From an uncultured Gammaproteobacteria bacterium (lineage in GTDB: Bacteria; Pseudomonadota; Gammaproteobacteria; Xanthomonadales; Xanthomonadaceae), in assembly GCA_964640525.1 (NCBI GenBank), contig CAZXGS010000008.1:7174-71173 (forward strand): DNA of 64,000 nt, written 5' to 3'. Below are positions 17,665 through 27,030 of this stretch, in pieces (position 1 is the stretch's first letter; every line of letters starts with the position of its first letter). Both the position numbers and the translations under genes were made by a program. The notes beneath the pieces were generated by a model that was not told the origin of the DNA, searched no databases, and worked only from the letters and a program-made list of their open reading frames with translations.

Positions 17665-18139
17665 GCCCATCACCCGCGTGCGCATGCGCACACAGCGCGG
17701 CGAAGCGCGAGCGCGCCAGTTGCAAGGCGGGCGCGGCATCGGCATCCAGATGACGGCGGAATCCGCCGTCGGCGAGCAAGGCGCCATGGCCGGCGGAGAA
17801 CGGATGCGCCGGATCGTCGCCATCCAGGAACGCCAGCCAGCCATTGCCACCCAGGGTGGCGGCATTCGGATTCGCCAGGCAGGCCGCGCGGCGCAGCATC
17901 ACCGAGGCCGCAGCGAGCTGCGCGGGCGGATCGGCAGCGGCCACCAGCGCGGCGTCGTATTCGGCCATCGCCGCGGCGAGGCGACGCCTGCGCCGCCGCG
18001 CCTGCCACGTCCGCCGCAGGCACCAGCCCAGAGCGATGGCGACCGCCGCGGCGAGCAGCCACCAACCCGGCGCCGGCGGCCACCAGCCCGCAGGGGCGGG
18101 CAGGTGGATACCGCGAAGCTCGGGCAGTGCCGGTTGCAT
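17657..18139 (-). CDS. DUF4381-like membrane protein of MoxR/Bat operons
   Basis: 160 aa with one TM helix (GWWLLAAAVAIALGW) followed by an RRRRR stretch. It sits in the conserved position between DUF58 and batA. Confidence 0.6.
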   Translation of the reverse strand: MQPALPELRGIHLPAPAGWWPPAPGWWLLAAAVAIALGWCLRRTWQARRRRRRLAAAMAEYDAALVAAADPPAQLAAASVMLRRAACLANPNAATLGGNGWLAFLDGDDPAHPFSAGHGALLADGGFRRHLDADAAPALQLARSRFAALCAHAHAGDGHA

Positions 18140-18147
18140 CGGAACCT

Positions 18148-19068
18148 TCAGGCCGCGACGCGGCGCGGATCGGTGAGCGCTGCCAGCAAGGTCGCGTCGT
18201 CATCGCTGCTGGCGATCGCCAGCGCGCGGGCGCCCATGCCGCGCAGGCGCTGGATCTGTCCATCGCGCAGGGCGGGAAACGCGCGCCGCCAGCGTTCGCG
18301 GGTGCGCGTGGCGGCCAGATCCAGTTCGACCGGCGCAGATGCACCGGCGACCGCGAACGGCAGGCGCTCGCGCGGCGGTTGCAGTTCCAGCGGGTCGGAC
18401 AGCAGCACGACCTGCAGGTCGTGGCGCCGGGCCAGCAACGACAGCGCCGGATCGGCCACCGTCGTCAGCGAGTGGGCATCGGCCAGCACGAGGATGCTGG
18501 CGCCGGTGTGCAACACCCGCGCCGCCGCGTCGATCGCGTGCGCCAGGCCTGCATCCTGCTCCGGTGGCTGCGTGTACCAGCGCACCAGCGCATCCAGCAC
18601 GCGCAGCACGCCGTTGCGGCCGCCGCGCGGGGCCACCGGCGCCTGCGCCACGACCCCGCGCAGGGCACCGACGCGGTCGCCGCGACGTTGCGCGGCCCAC
18701 GCCACGATCGCGCCGGCGCGCGCAGCCTGCACCGACTTGAACCGAACCCGGGTGCCAAAGTACAGCGCCGGAGCGGTGTCGGCGACGATCAGCGCGACCC
18801 GTTCACGCTCGGCCTGGAACAACTTGGTGTGCGGCTTGCCGGTGCGCGCGCTGAGCCGCCAGTCGATGTGGCGGGCGTCGTCGCCGGCGGTGTAAGGCCG
18901 CGACTCGGCGTATTCCATGCCGCGCCCGCGCAGCGGCGACAGCGCCGGTCCCGCTGCTCCGGACAGACCCAGCGTCGGTGGCGGCCAACCGCGGACGCGC
19001 TCGCGCAGTCCGATCAATTCGGCCAGCACCGGGCGCAGTCCATCGGCAGGTGGCGGTGTGCGCTGCAT
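18148..19068 (-). CDS. DUF58 family protein (MoxR-associated, VWA-like)
   Basis: Track ORF 18148..19200 trimmed to ATG 19068. Motif RPYTAGDDARHIDWRLSARTGKPHTKLFQAERE is characteristic of DUF58. Confidence 0.85.
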   Translation of the reverse strand: MQRTPPPADGLRPVLAELIGLRERVRGWPPPTLGLSGAAGPALSPLRGRGMEYAESRPYTAGDDARHIDWRLSARTGKPHTKLFQAERERVALIVADTAPALYFGTRVRFKSVQAARAGAIVAWAAQRRGDRVGALRGVVAQAPVAPRGGRNGVLRVLDALVRWYTQPPEQDAGLAHAIDAAARVLHTGASILVLADAHSLTTVADPALSLLARRHDLQVVLLSDPLELQPPRERLPFAVAGASAPVELDLAATRTRERWRRAFPALRDGQIQRLRGMGARALAIASSDDDATLLAALTDPRRVAA

Positions 19069-19075
19069 GATCGGA

Positions 19076-20143
<1,068 letters not shown>

Positions 20144-20239
20144 GGGCAAGACTCGGCGGCGCCGGTCGCAACCGGCGGTGGTGTTGGGGTTTCGTCGGGG
20201 CGTTCGACCGGGCTCGCGCCCGAATGTTCCGCGCCGGGC

Positions 20240-21424
20240 TCAGCGATTGGCGAGGATCGCGGCCAGCGACTCGGCCTTGCCGATCAAAAACCCCTGCGCG
20301 TAACCACAGCCGATGCGGCCTAGCGCTGCCAACTGCTCGGCGGTCTCCACGCCCTCGACCACGAGATCGGCGCCGATCGCCTGCCCCATGGCCACGATCG
20401 CCCGCACGATCTGCATCGCCCGCTCCGACGCCAGCATCTCGCGCACGAAGGCCTGATCGATCTTGATCGCGTCCACCGCCAGCCGATGCAACTGTGCCAG
20501 GTGCGCGTAGCGGGTGCCGAAGTCGTCCAGCGACACGCCGATGCCCTGGGCATGGCAGTCGTCAATGACCTGTGCGACCTGCGCGGGGTCCAGAGCCTGG
20601 CTCTCGGTGATCTCGACCTTGATGCAGCCCAGCGGCAGTTGCAGTGCATCGCGTCGGGCGACGATCCCGCGAATCAGACCCGGCGCGGCCAACTGGCGCG
20701 CGGAGACGTTCACCGCCACGAACGGCATCGGATCATCGCGCAGCGCATCCAGCGCGGCGCAGGCGGCGTCGAAGACGTACTCCCCGACCGGCATGATCAA
20801 CGAGGTCTCCTCGGCAAGGCGAATGAACTCTTCCGGGTCCACCGCACCGAGGCCAGGGTGATTCCATCGCACCAATGCCTCGTACCCGACGATGCGGCCG
20901 CTGGCAATTTCCAGGATCGGTTGGTAGCAGACTTCCAGCTTGCGCTCCAGCAGGGCCTCGCGCAGCTCGTCCTCGAGCCGGAACTTGCTGGAACCGTGGT
21001 CGTCGCGGTCGGGCGCGTCCTCGAGCATCTCGGGCTCGACGGCGCCGCGAAGCATCCGCAGCATCCGTCGGTTCCGCTTCATCTGGCCTTCCAGCACCAT
21101 CCGCAGGATCGGATCGGCGCCGGTCAGGCGCTCGCGCAACTGGTCGCTGTCGATCGCCAGGACGTCGGCCGCATCGGACACCACCACGGCGTCCACGAGG
21201 TAGTTGGTCCTTTCGATTGCCGCCATGTCGCCGACCAGATCACCGCGTCCCAAGCGGGCCAGCACAACCGCTTTGGGCGTACCGCCAGCACGCCCCGGAC
21301 GGGTTCCGCGCAGCTCGACGATCCCGCCCTCGATCAGGTATCCGGCCCTGGGCTGTTCCCCGTGGCGAAACAGGTAATCACCGCCCTTCAGGCTGAGCCG
21401 CGGCACGATCGATCTCCATCGCAC
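20240..21424 (-). CDS. cyclic-nucleotide-binding-like domain plus EAL-domain c-di-GMP phosphodiesterase
   Basis: 394 aa with a GTG start at 21424. N-terminal CAP-type beta-roll (GGDYLFRHGEQPRAGYLIEGGIVEL...GRGDLVGDMAAI). The EAL domain has intact-looking EALVRW, NVSARQ, EITES, DDFGT, KIDQAF and EGVET motifs. Confidence 0.85.
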   Translation of the reverse strand: MRWRSIVPRLSLKGGDYLFRHGEQPRAGYLIEGGIVELRGTRPGRAGGTPKAVVLARLGRGDLVGDMAAIERTNYLVDAVVVSDAADVLAIDSDQLRERLTGADPILRMVLEGQMKRNRRMLRMLRGAVEPEMLEDAPDRDDHGSSKFRLEDELREALLERKLEVCYQPILEIASGRIVGYEALVRWNHPGLGAVDPEEFIRLAEETSLIMPVGEYVFDAACAALDALRDDPMPFVAVNVSARQLAAPGLIRGIVARRDALQLPLGCIKVEITESQALDPAQVAQVIDDCHAQGIGVSLDDFGTRYAHLAQLHRLAVDAIKIDQAFVREMLASERAMQIVRAIVAMGQAIGADLVVEGVETAEQLAALGRIGCGYAQGFLIGKAESLAAILANR

Positions 21425-21425
21425 G

Positions 21426-21454
21426 GAAAAGGAAAGGGCCGCAAAGCGGCCCTC
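21426..21454 (-). terminator. rho-independent terminator downstream of pilQ
   Basis: Minus strand reads GGGCCGC-TTT-GCGGCCC followed by TTTCCTTTTCC. Stem at 21436-21452, 32 nt after the pilQ stop. Confidence 0.7.
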
Positions 21455-21485
21455 TCCGGTGTTGCTTGCAGCAAATCCGTCACCG

Positions 21486-23777
21486 TCAGTTGCGCTGCTT
21501 GACGTCGAGGATCTTCGGCGTCACGAACACCAGCAACTCGGCCTTGCTCGCGGTGTGGTTCTTGCTGCGGAACAGGAAGCCGAGCCCCGGCAGGTCACCC
21601 AGGAACGGCACCTTGTTCATGTCGTCACGCTTGCTGAACTCGTACACGCCACCGACCACGACGGTCTGCCCGGAATCGACCAGCGCCGCAGTGGTGATCT
21701 GCCGCTTGGTGATCTGCGGCACGTCGCCGTAACTTGGCACCGTGATGAAGCCTTTCAGCTCGTCCTTGGTGATGTCCAGGTCCATGTACACGCGGTTGTC
21801 GTGCGTGATGGTCGGGGTCACCTTCAGCTCCAGCACGACGTCCTTGAACTGGACGTTGGCCTGCGCACCACCGCCGCCACTACCGCCGCTGGTGGTGACG
21901 TAGCCGATTTCGTCACCCTGCTTGATGTCGGCCATCCGCTGGTTGCTGGTGATGACACGCGGGTTGGAGATCACCTCGCCGCGTCCCTCGGTCTGCAAGG
22001 CGGTCAATTCCAGATCCAGCGCATGACTGCCGCGCAGAATACTGAAGGCCATGCTCCCGGCGGCGCCTGTGATCGGCAGGTTCACGTTCAAGCCATGGGT
22101 GATGCTTGGCACGGTGATGGTCGGCAGCGCCACCGCAGCGATCTGCGCCGGGGTCGGATTGGGACCCAGTGCCGCAATCGCAGCGTTGTACGTCGCGATC
22201 GCTGATGCGTTTGCGACGTCGGCGCTCGTCACCGAACCCTGAGTCGCCAGGGTATTGCCGATGCTGTCACCCCAACTGGTAATGGTCTTGGAGCCGTCGT
22301 TGAAGCCGCTGATCCCAAGCCTGGCGCCAATTTCACGCGCAAAGTCCTCGTTGGCGATGACGATCCGCGCCTCGATCAGCACCTGGTCGACCGGGCGATC
22401 CAGCACCGTGACCAGCTTCTTGATGTCATCCACCTTGCGCGGCAGATCGGTCAACAGCAGTGTGTTGCTGCGCTTGTCGAAACTGACACTGCCACGGTCG
22501 GACAGGAAACCACGCTGCTGGTTGCCGGATGAATTGCCGCCCGAATTGTTGGACTTGGCGCCGTCCGTCAGCAGCTTGGCGATGTCTTCGGCACTGCCGT
22601 AGTTGATCGGAATGTACTCGGTGACCGTAGGCGCGCGCTCCTCGATCGCAATGCGCGCATCCTCCAGCGACTGCTCGTAGTCGGCCAGTTCCTTCTGCGG
22701 CGCCACCCACACCACGCCGCCGTCACGCCGCTTGTCCAGTCCCTTGGCGCGCAGCACCACATCCAGCGCCTGATCCCACGGCACGTTGATCAGCCGCAGC
22801 GTCACGTTGCCGGTGACCGAGTCTGCCGCCACCACGTTCAGGCCGGACTCCTCGGCGATCAACTGCAGCACGGTGCGCACCGGCACGTCCTGGAAGTTGA
22901 AGGTCGCCGGCTTGCCGGTGTACTTCTTCGCCGTACCCGCTCCGATGCGTCCGGAATCGGCCACGGCACCGCCCGCATCAACCTTCTTCGGGTTGACCTC
23001 GATGACGTACTCGTTGCCCATCTGGTAGGCGGAGGCGCTGAAGCCACCGCCGGTGTCGATCACCAGTCGCGTACCGCCCGCCTGCTCGCGCGCATCGATC
23101 GACCGCACCGGGGTCGCGAAATCGCTCACGTCCAAGTGCTTGGCCAGATTGGCCGGGATCATCGCGTTGCTGACATCGATCATCACCCGCGAGCCTTCCA
23201 CGTGCATGTCGGCGGCAGCGCCATCACCGCTGAACTTGAGCACGATCCGACCTGCGCCGTCCTGGCCGCGACGGAAGTCCACGTTGGACACGCTCAGTGC
23301 GCCGGCGACCCGACGCGACGGATCAACGGTATTGGCCATCACCGGGCCCTTCACCTTCGCACCGGAGTCAGCCACGTTCAGGATCAGGCGATTGCCCTCG
23401 ATCCTGGACTTGTAGGCCGCCTGCCTGAACAGATCGACCATGACCCGCGTGCGACCGTTGGCCTGGGCGGCCGACAGCGTGCTTGCCGAGCCATCGCCGA
23501 TCAGAACCTTGTGCCCGGCCAAGCCGTTCTGGGTGTCGGGCAGGTCGATCGCGATCCGCGGCGGACCGTCCGTGGTGAAAACCTGCGCGTCGGCGACCGG
23601 GTGTGCGAACTTCAAGGTGATGTCCACCCCGCCTTTTGCACCGGGGGCATGGGTGACCTGCTGCAGCACATTCGACGCACAGGCGGGGAATGCACTGCTG
23701 AGCAGCCAGACGCCCAAGCCCAGCGCCGCAGTGGCGCGCGACCGGTTGATCCGGCGGGTGACTTTGTTTGCGCTCAT
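21486..23777 (-). CDS. pilQ: type IV pilus secretin PilQ
   Basis: 763 aa. Signal peptide, AMIN-like N-terminal repeats, and a C-terminal secretin domain (VPFLGDLPGLGFLFRSKNHTASKAELLVFVTPKIL). Confidence 0.95.
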   Translation of the reverse strand: MSANKVTRRINRSRATAALGLGVWLLSSAFPACASNVLQQVTHAPGAKGGVDITLKFAHPVADAQVFTTDGPPRIAIDLPDTQNGLAGHKVLIGDGSASTLSAAQANGRTRVMVDLFRQAAYKSRIEGNRLILNVADSGAKVKGPVMANTVDPSRRVAGALSVSNVDFRRGQDGAGRIVLKFSGDGAAADMHVEGSRVMIDVSNAMIPANLAKHLDVSDFATPVRSIDAREQAGGTRLVIDTGGGFSASAYQMGNEYVIEVNPKKVDAGGAVADSGRIGAGTAKKYTGKPATFNFQDVPVRTVLQLIAEESGLNVVAADSVTGNVTLRLINVPWDQALDVVLRAKGLDKRRDGGVVWVAPQKELADYEQSLEDARIAIEERAPTVTEYIPINYGSAEDIAKLLTDGAKSNNSGGNSSGNQQRGFLSDRGSVSFDKRSNTLLLTDLPRKVDDIKKLVTVLDRPVDQVLIEARIVIANEDFAREIGARLGISGFNDGSKTITSWGDSIGNTLATQGSVTSADVANASAIATYNAAIAALGPNPTPAQIAAVALPTITVPSITHGLNVNLPITGAAGSMAFSILRGSHALDLELTALQTEGRGEVISNPRVITSNQRMADIKQGDEIGYVTTSGGSGGGGAQANVQFKDVVLELKVTPTITHDNRVYMDLDITKDELKGFITVPSYGDVPQITKRQITTAALVDSGQTVVVGGVYEFSKRDDMNKVPFLGDLPGLGFLFRSKNHTASKAELLVFVTPKILDVKQRN

Positions 23778-23792
23778 CTTGCTACTCCCCGA

Positions 23793-24329
23793 TCATTGAT
23801 TTGGTAAGCTGATGGATGCCGGCCGTTCGATCCAGCCACCCGCCCCATCCGACACCAGCTCGGTGATGTTGATCTTCGTGGGTGTCACTTCGATCACCTT
23901 GCCGTCGTTCTGGCCGAGATAGTTGCCTGGAACGACGCGATGCGTCACTCGATCCGGCGACATGACCAAGGCAACAATGTGGCTGCCCGAGCCCAAGGTA
24001 CCGTTCATCACCAAGCTGTCCAGCGGAAAAGCCTCGAGAGGCTGCTTGGGACGGTTCGGTTCAGGCCTGGGCCCGGTGTTGCCCTTGCCTTGGTCGTTGG
24101 GCGCCGAGAATGGATCCCGCAGACCTTGATCCTTGTACACGAATGTTTCGAACTGCTGCATCGGCGGCACGGTATCCAGTGGCGGGCCCGGCTTGGCCTT
24201 GATCTGGGCCGCGTAGGTTTCAAGATTCGGATCGGAGGTGATCCCGCGCCCGCAGCCACCCAAGGTCGCCGCGATCGCGACCGGAACGATGCAACGCACT
24301 ACGACGTTTCGCAGACCAGTCATCTTCAC
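23793..24329 (-). CDS. pilP: type IV pilus assembly lipoprotein PilP
   Basis: 178 aa, lipobox LGGC. Its position between pilO and pilQ, and the conserved C-terminal beta domain, fit PilP. Confidence 0.85.
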   Translation of the reverse strand: MKMTGLRNVVVRCIVPVAIAATLGGCGRGITSDPNLETYAAQIKAKPGPPLDTVPPMQQFETFVYKDQGLRDPFSAPNDQGKGNTGPRPEPNRPKQPLEAFPLDSLVMNGTLGSGSHIVALVMSPDRVTHRVVPGNYLGQNDGKVIEVTPTKINITELVSDGAGGWIERPASISLPNQ

Positions 24330-25003
24330 TTACCCCCTGCCGGTGGCGTGGTCGGCGCGTCCGCCGCCGCTGACGCCGCGGCGGTTTCGTCTTCGTCCAG
24401 ATAGCGGTAGGTCTTCACCGTACCTTCCAGCGTCAGGCTGCCTGCGCCGCCATTCTTGTCGCTCTTGTCGGTCGGCTTGAGCGAAATGTCCTGCATGGTG
24501 AGGATGACAACTCGCGGCAAGGACGCGACGCCGCTCATGAACGCACCAAACTGGTGGTACGTCCCGACCATGCGCAACTGGATTGGCTTCTCCGCGTAGA
24601 ACTCCTGCTTGCTTTCGTCACCAGGCTTGAACAGCTCGTTGACGATGCCGGTCGCCAGCGCGGTTTGCGAGATGTCGACGATCAGGTCCGGCATATCCGT
24701 TTTGCCAGGCAACTGACGCATCATCTGCTGGAGCATTTCCTCCATCTGCGCCAGTTGGATCTTGAGTGGCTCCAGATTGGCCGCACGCCCCGCCTTGTCC
24801 TCGAACGTCACCTTCAGAGACGCTTCGTTTTGCTCCAACCCTGTCAGCTGCTCGATCTGGCCCTTGATGAGCGCGTAATAGAAGATCGCCACGATGGCCA
24901 CGATCACGGCCGCGCAAGCGCCATACTTGACCGCATCCGGCCACGATCCCGGATTGTTCCAGTCGATGTTGCTGAGGTCGACTTTTTTCTTTTGGGTACT
25001 CAC
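24326..25003 (-). CDS. pilO: type IV pilus assembly protein PilO
   Basis: 225 aa. Single TM helix, a coiled coil, then a PilO-type C-terminal domain. ATGA overlaps with both neighbours. Confidence 0.85.
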   Translation of the reverse strand: MSTQKKKVDLSNIDWNNPGSWPDAVKYGACAAVIVAIVAIFYYALIKGQIEQLTGLEQNEASLKVTFEDKAGRAANLEPLKIQLAQMEEMLQQMMRQLPGKTDMPDLIVDISQTALATGIVNELFKPGDESKQEFYAEKPIQLRMVGTYHQFGAFMSGVASLPRVVILTMQDISLKPTDKSDKNGGAGSLTLEGTVKTYRYLDEDETAAASAAADAPTTPPAGGK

Positions 25004-25731
25004 GGGGTCGCCCCTCCCTTGCTGCTGGCTGCGGATGCAGGCACTGCGGGCGACGGTACGGCCGCTGCCGATGCGGGAGGTTGCGTTGCGGCGCTGTCGC
25101 CGGGCCCGCTTGCCGCACCCGGAGCCGGTTTCACCAGCGGCTTGCCATCCGGACCCAGAACCGGCTGTCCATCCGGGCCAAGGACTTGCCCGGGCTTGGT
25201 CAAGGTCAGCGCCAGAGTGAACTGATACGGCAAGGTCTTGTCGTCGCTACCGGCCTCGATCACATTCAGGTCTGGACTGGTCATCCATCCTGATGCTTCG
25301 ATATTGCGCATGTAAGCGCTGACCCTGGCGTTGGACTGCGAATATCCCTGCAGTGTCAGCCTGTTGCCATCCTGCTTGACCGAACTCAAGCGAACGCCGT
25401 CGGGAATCGTCTTCACCAGCTCATCGAACAGATGCACCATCTGGGAGCGATTGGCCTGGAGCTGCTCGATGACACCCTTGCGACGCAGCAAGGTTTCCTT
25501 CTTCTTGTCGAGAATCTCGATTTCCTTGATCTTCGCGTCCAACTGCGTGATCTGGTCCTGCAGGAAGGCATTGCGGGCATTCTGGCCCTCGATCTGCTGG
25601 TTGTAATAGACCCAACCACCCAGACCGATCACCAGCGCCGCGGCGACCGCGACGCCCAGCATCACGAAGAACGCCTGCTGGCGTTCCTTGCGGCGCTCGG
25701 CGCGCCATGGAAGGAGATTGACCTTGGCCAT
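25000..25731 (-). CDS. pilN: type IV pilus assembly protein PilN
   Basis: Track ORF 25000..25908 trimmed to ATG 25731. MAKVNLLPWRAERRKERQ is the canonical PilN N-terminus that binds PilM. Confidence 0.9.
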   Translation of the reverse strand: MAKVNLLPWRAERRKERQQAFFVMLGVAVAAALVIGLGGWVYYNQQIEGQNARNAFLQDQITQLDAKIKEIEILDKKKETLLRRKGVIEQLQANRSQMVHLFDELVKTIPDGVRLSSVKQDGNRLTLQGYSQSNARVSAYMRNIEASGWMTSPDLNVIEAGSDDKTLPYQFTLALTLTKPGQVLGPDGQPVLGPDGKPLVKPAPGAASGPGDSAATQPPASAAAVPSPAVPASAASSKGGATP

Positions 25732-26789
25732 CAGTCGAAACTCCTCATGGCAAGTCCGCAGGCGATCATCAGCGCCGGGGCATCCTGTGCCAGGGCATTG
25801 GCCTGGACGCGGGGACCGAGCGACATGTTCGCCAGCGGGTTGGCTAGAACGGTGGGCACGCCGAGTTGTTCCTCGATCATGCCCGGCATGCCGGCGATGG
25901 AAGCGCAACCGCCGGCCAGCACGATTTGGTCGACCCGATTGAACTCGCTGCCGGCGTAGAAGAACTGCAGGAGGCGGCTGATCTGCTGGACCATCGCTTC
26001 CTTGAACGGCTCGAGCACTTCGACCTCGTAACTCTCGGGCAGGCCGCCCTGGCGCTTGGCCAGCCCGGCTTCCTCGTAATTGAGGCCATAGCGACGCATC
26101 ACCTCGTCGGTGAGTTGCTTGCCACCGAAGGTCTGCTCGCGGGTGTAGATGCTGCGCTGGTCGCGCAGCACGTTGAGGGTGGTGATCGTAGCGCCCACGT
26201 CGAGCAATGCGACCAATCCATCCTTGGGCACCGAGAGCTGGTCGGCGATCAGGCGGAACGCGTTTTCCATCGCGAACGCCTCGACATCCATCACCTTGGC
26301 AGTCAGGCCGCCCATCTCCAGCGCCGACTGCCGCAGCTCCACGTTCTCCGAACGCGAGGCCACCAGCAGCACCTGCAGGATCTCGGCATTCCCGGGCATC
26401 GGCCCGAGCACCTCGAAATCCATGCTGACCTCATTGATCGGGTACGGGATGTACTGCGCGGCGTCGTACTGGATCTGATCCTCCAGCGCGTCGTCGTCCA
26501 GGTTGGCGGGCATGGTGATCAGCTTGGTGATCACCGCCGAGCCCGCTACCGCAGCCGCTGCATGCTTGGCACGGGTGCCGGAACGGCTGACCGCGCGTTT
26601 GATCGCCTCGCCGATCGCCTCGACCTCGACGATGGCCTTGTCGACCACGGCGTTGGACGGCAACGGCTCGACCGCGTAATGCTCCACGCGATAGCGGCCA
26701 CCGCTCTGGCTGAGCTGCAGCAACTTGATGGCAGTGGAACTGATGTCGACGCCGACGAGCGGCGCCTGTGCACTTCCGAAGAGACCCAC
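25731..26789 (-). CDS. pilM: type IV pilus assembly ATPase-like protein PilM
   Basis: Track ORF 25731..26978. A GTG at 26789, preceded by GGAGAAACC, gives VGLFGSAQAPLVGVDISSTAIKLLQL (352 aa, the normal PilM length). The alternative is the ATG at 26813. Confidence 0.88.
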   Translation of the reverse strand: MGLFGSAQAPLVGVDISSTAIKLLQLSQSGGRYRVEHYAVEPLPSNAVVDKAIVEVEAIGEAIKRAVSRSGTRAKHAAAAVAGSAVITKLITMPANLDDDALEDQIQYDAAQYIPYPINEVSMDFEVLGPMPGNAEILQVLLVASRSENVELRQSALEMGGLTAKVMDVEAFAMENAFRLIADQLSVPKDGLVALLDVGATITTLNVLRDQRSIYTREQTFGGKQLTDEVMRRYGLNYEEAGLAKRQGGLPESYEVEVLEPFKEAMVQQISRLLQFFYAGSEFNRVDQIVLAGGCASIAGMPGMIEEQLGVPTVLANPLANMSLGPRVQANALAQDAPALMIACGLAMRSFD

Positions 26790-27030
26790 GGTTTCTCCCC
26801 TTCCGACGGTCATTTGTCGGCGGTACATGTACCGGCCGTGACAAAGTAATAACGATTCGCTCACGAAATAGCAAGCGGGCAGCGCGAACTTTTTTCGCCG
26901 ACCCGCCTCCGACCCCCTCCTCGGACCCTCCCGCCCCCTGACGGAAAGGCGGCTCGATCCCCTGAGCCGGCCGCCCACGTTCTATACTCCATAACCCCAC
27001 ATCCTGCAAACCACCGGACGAATTCCAGGG

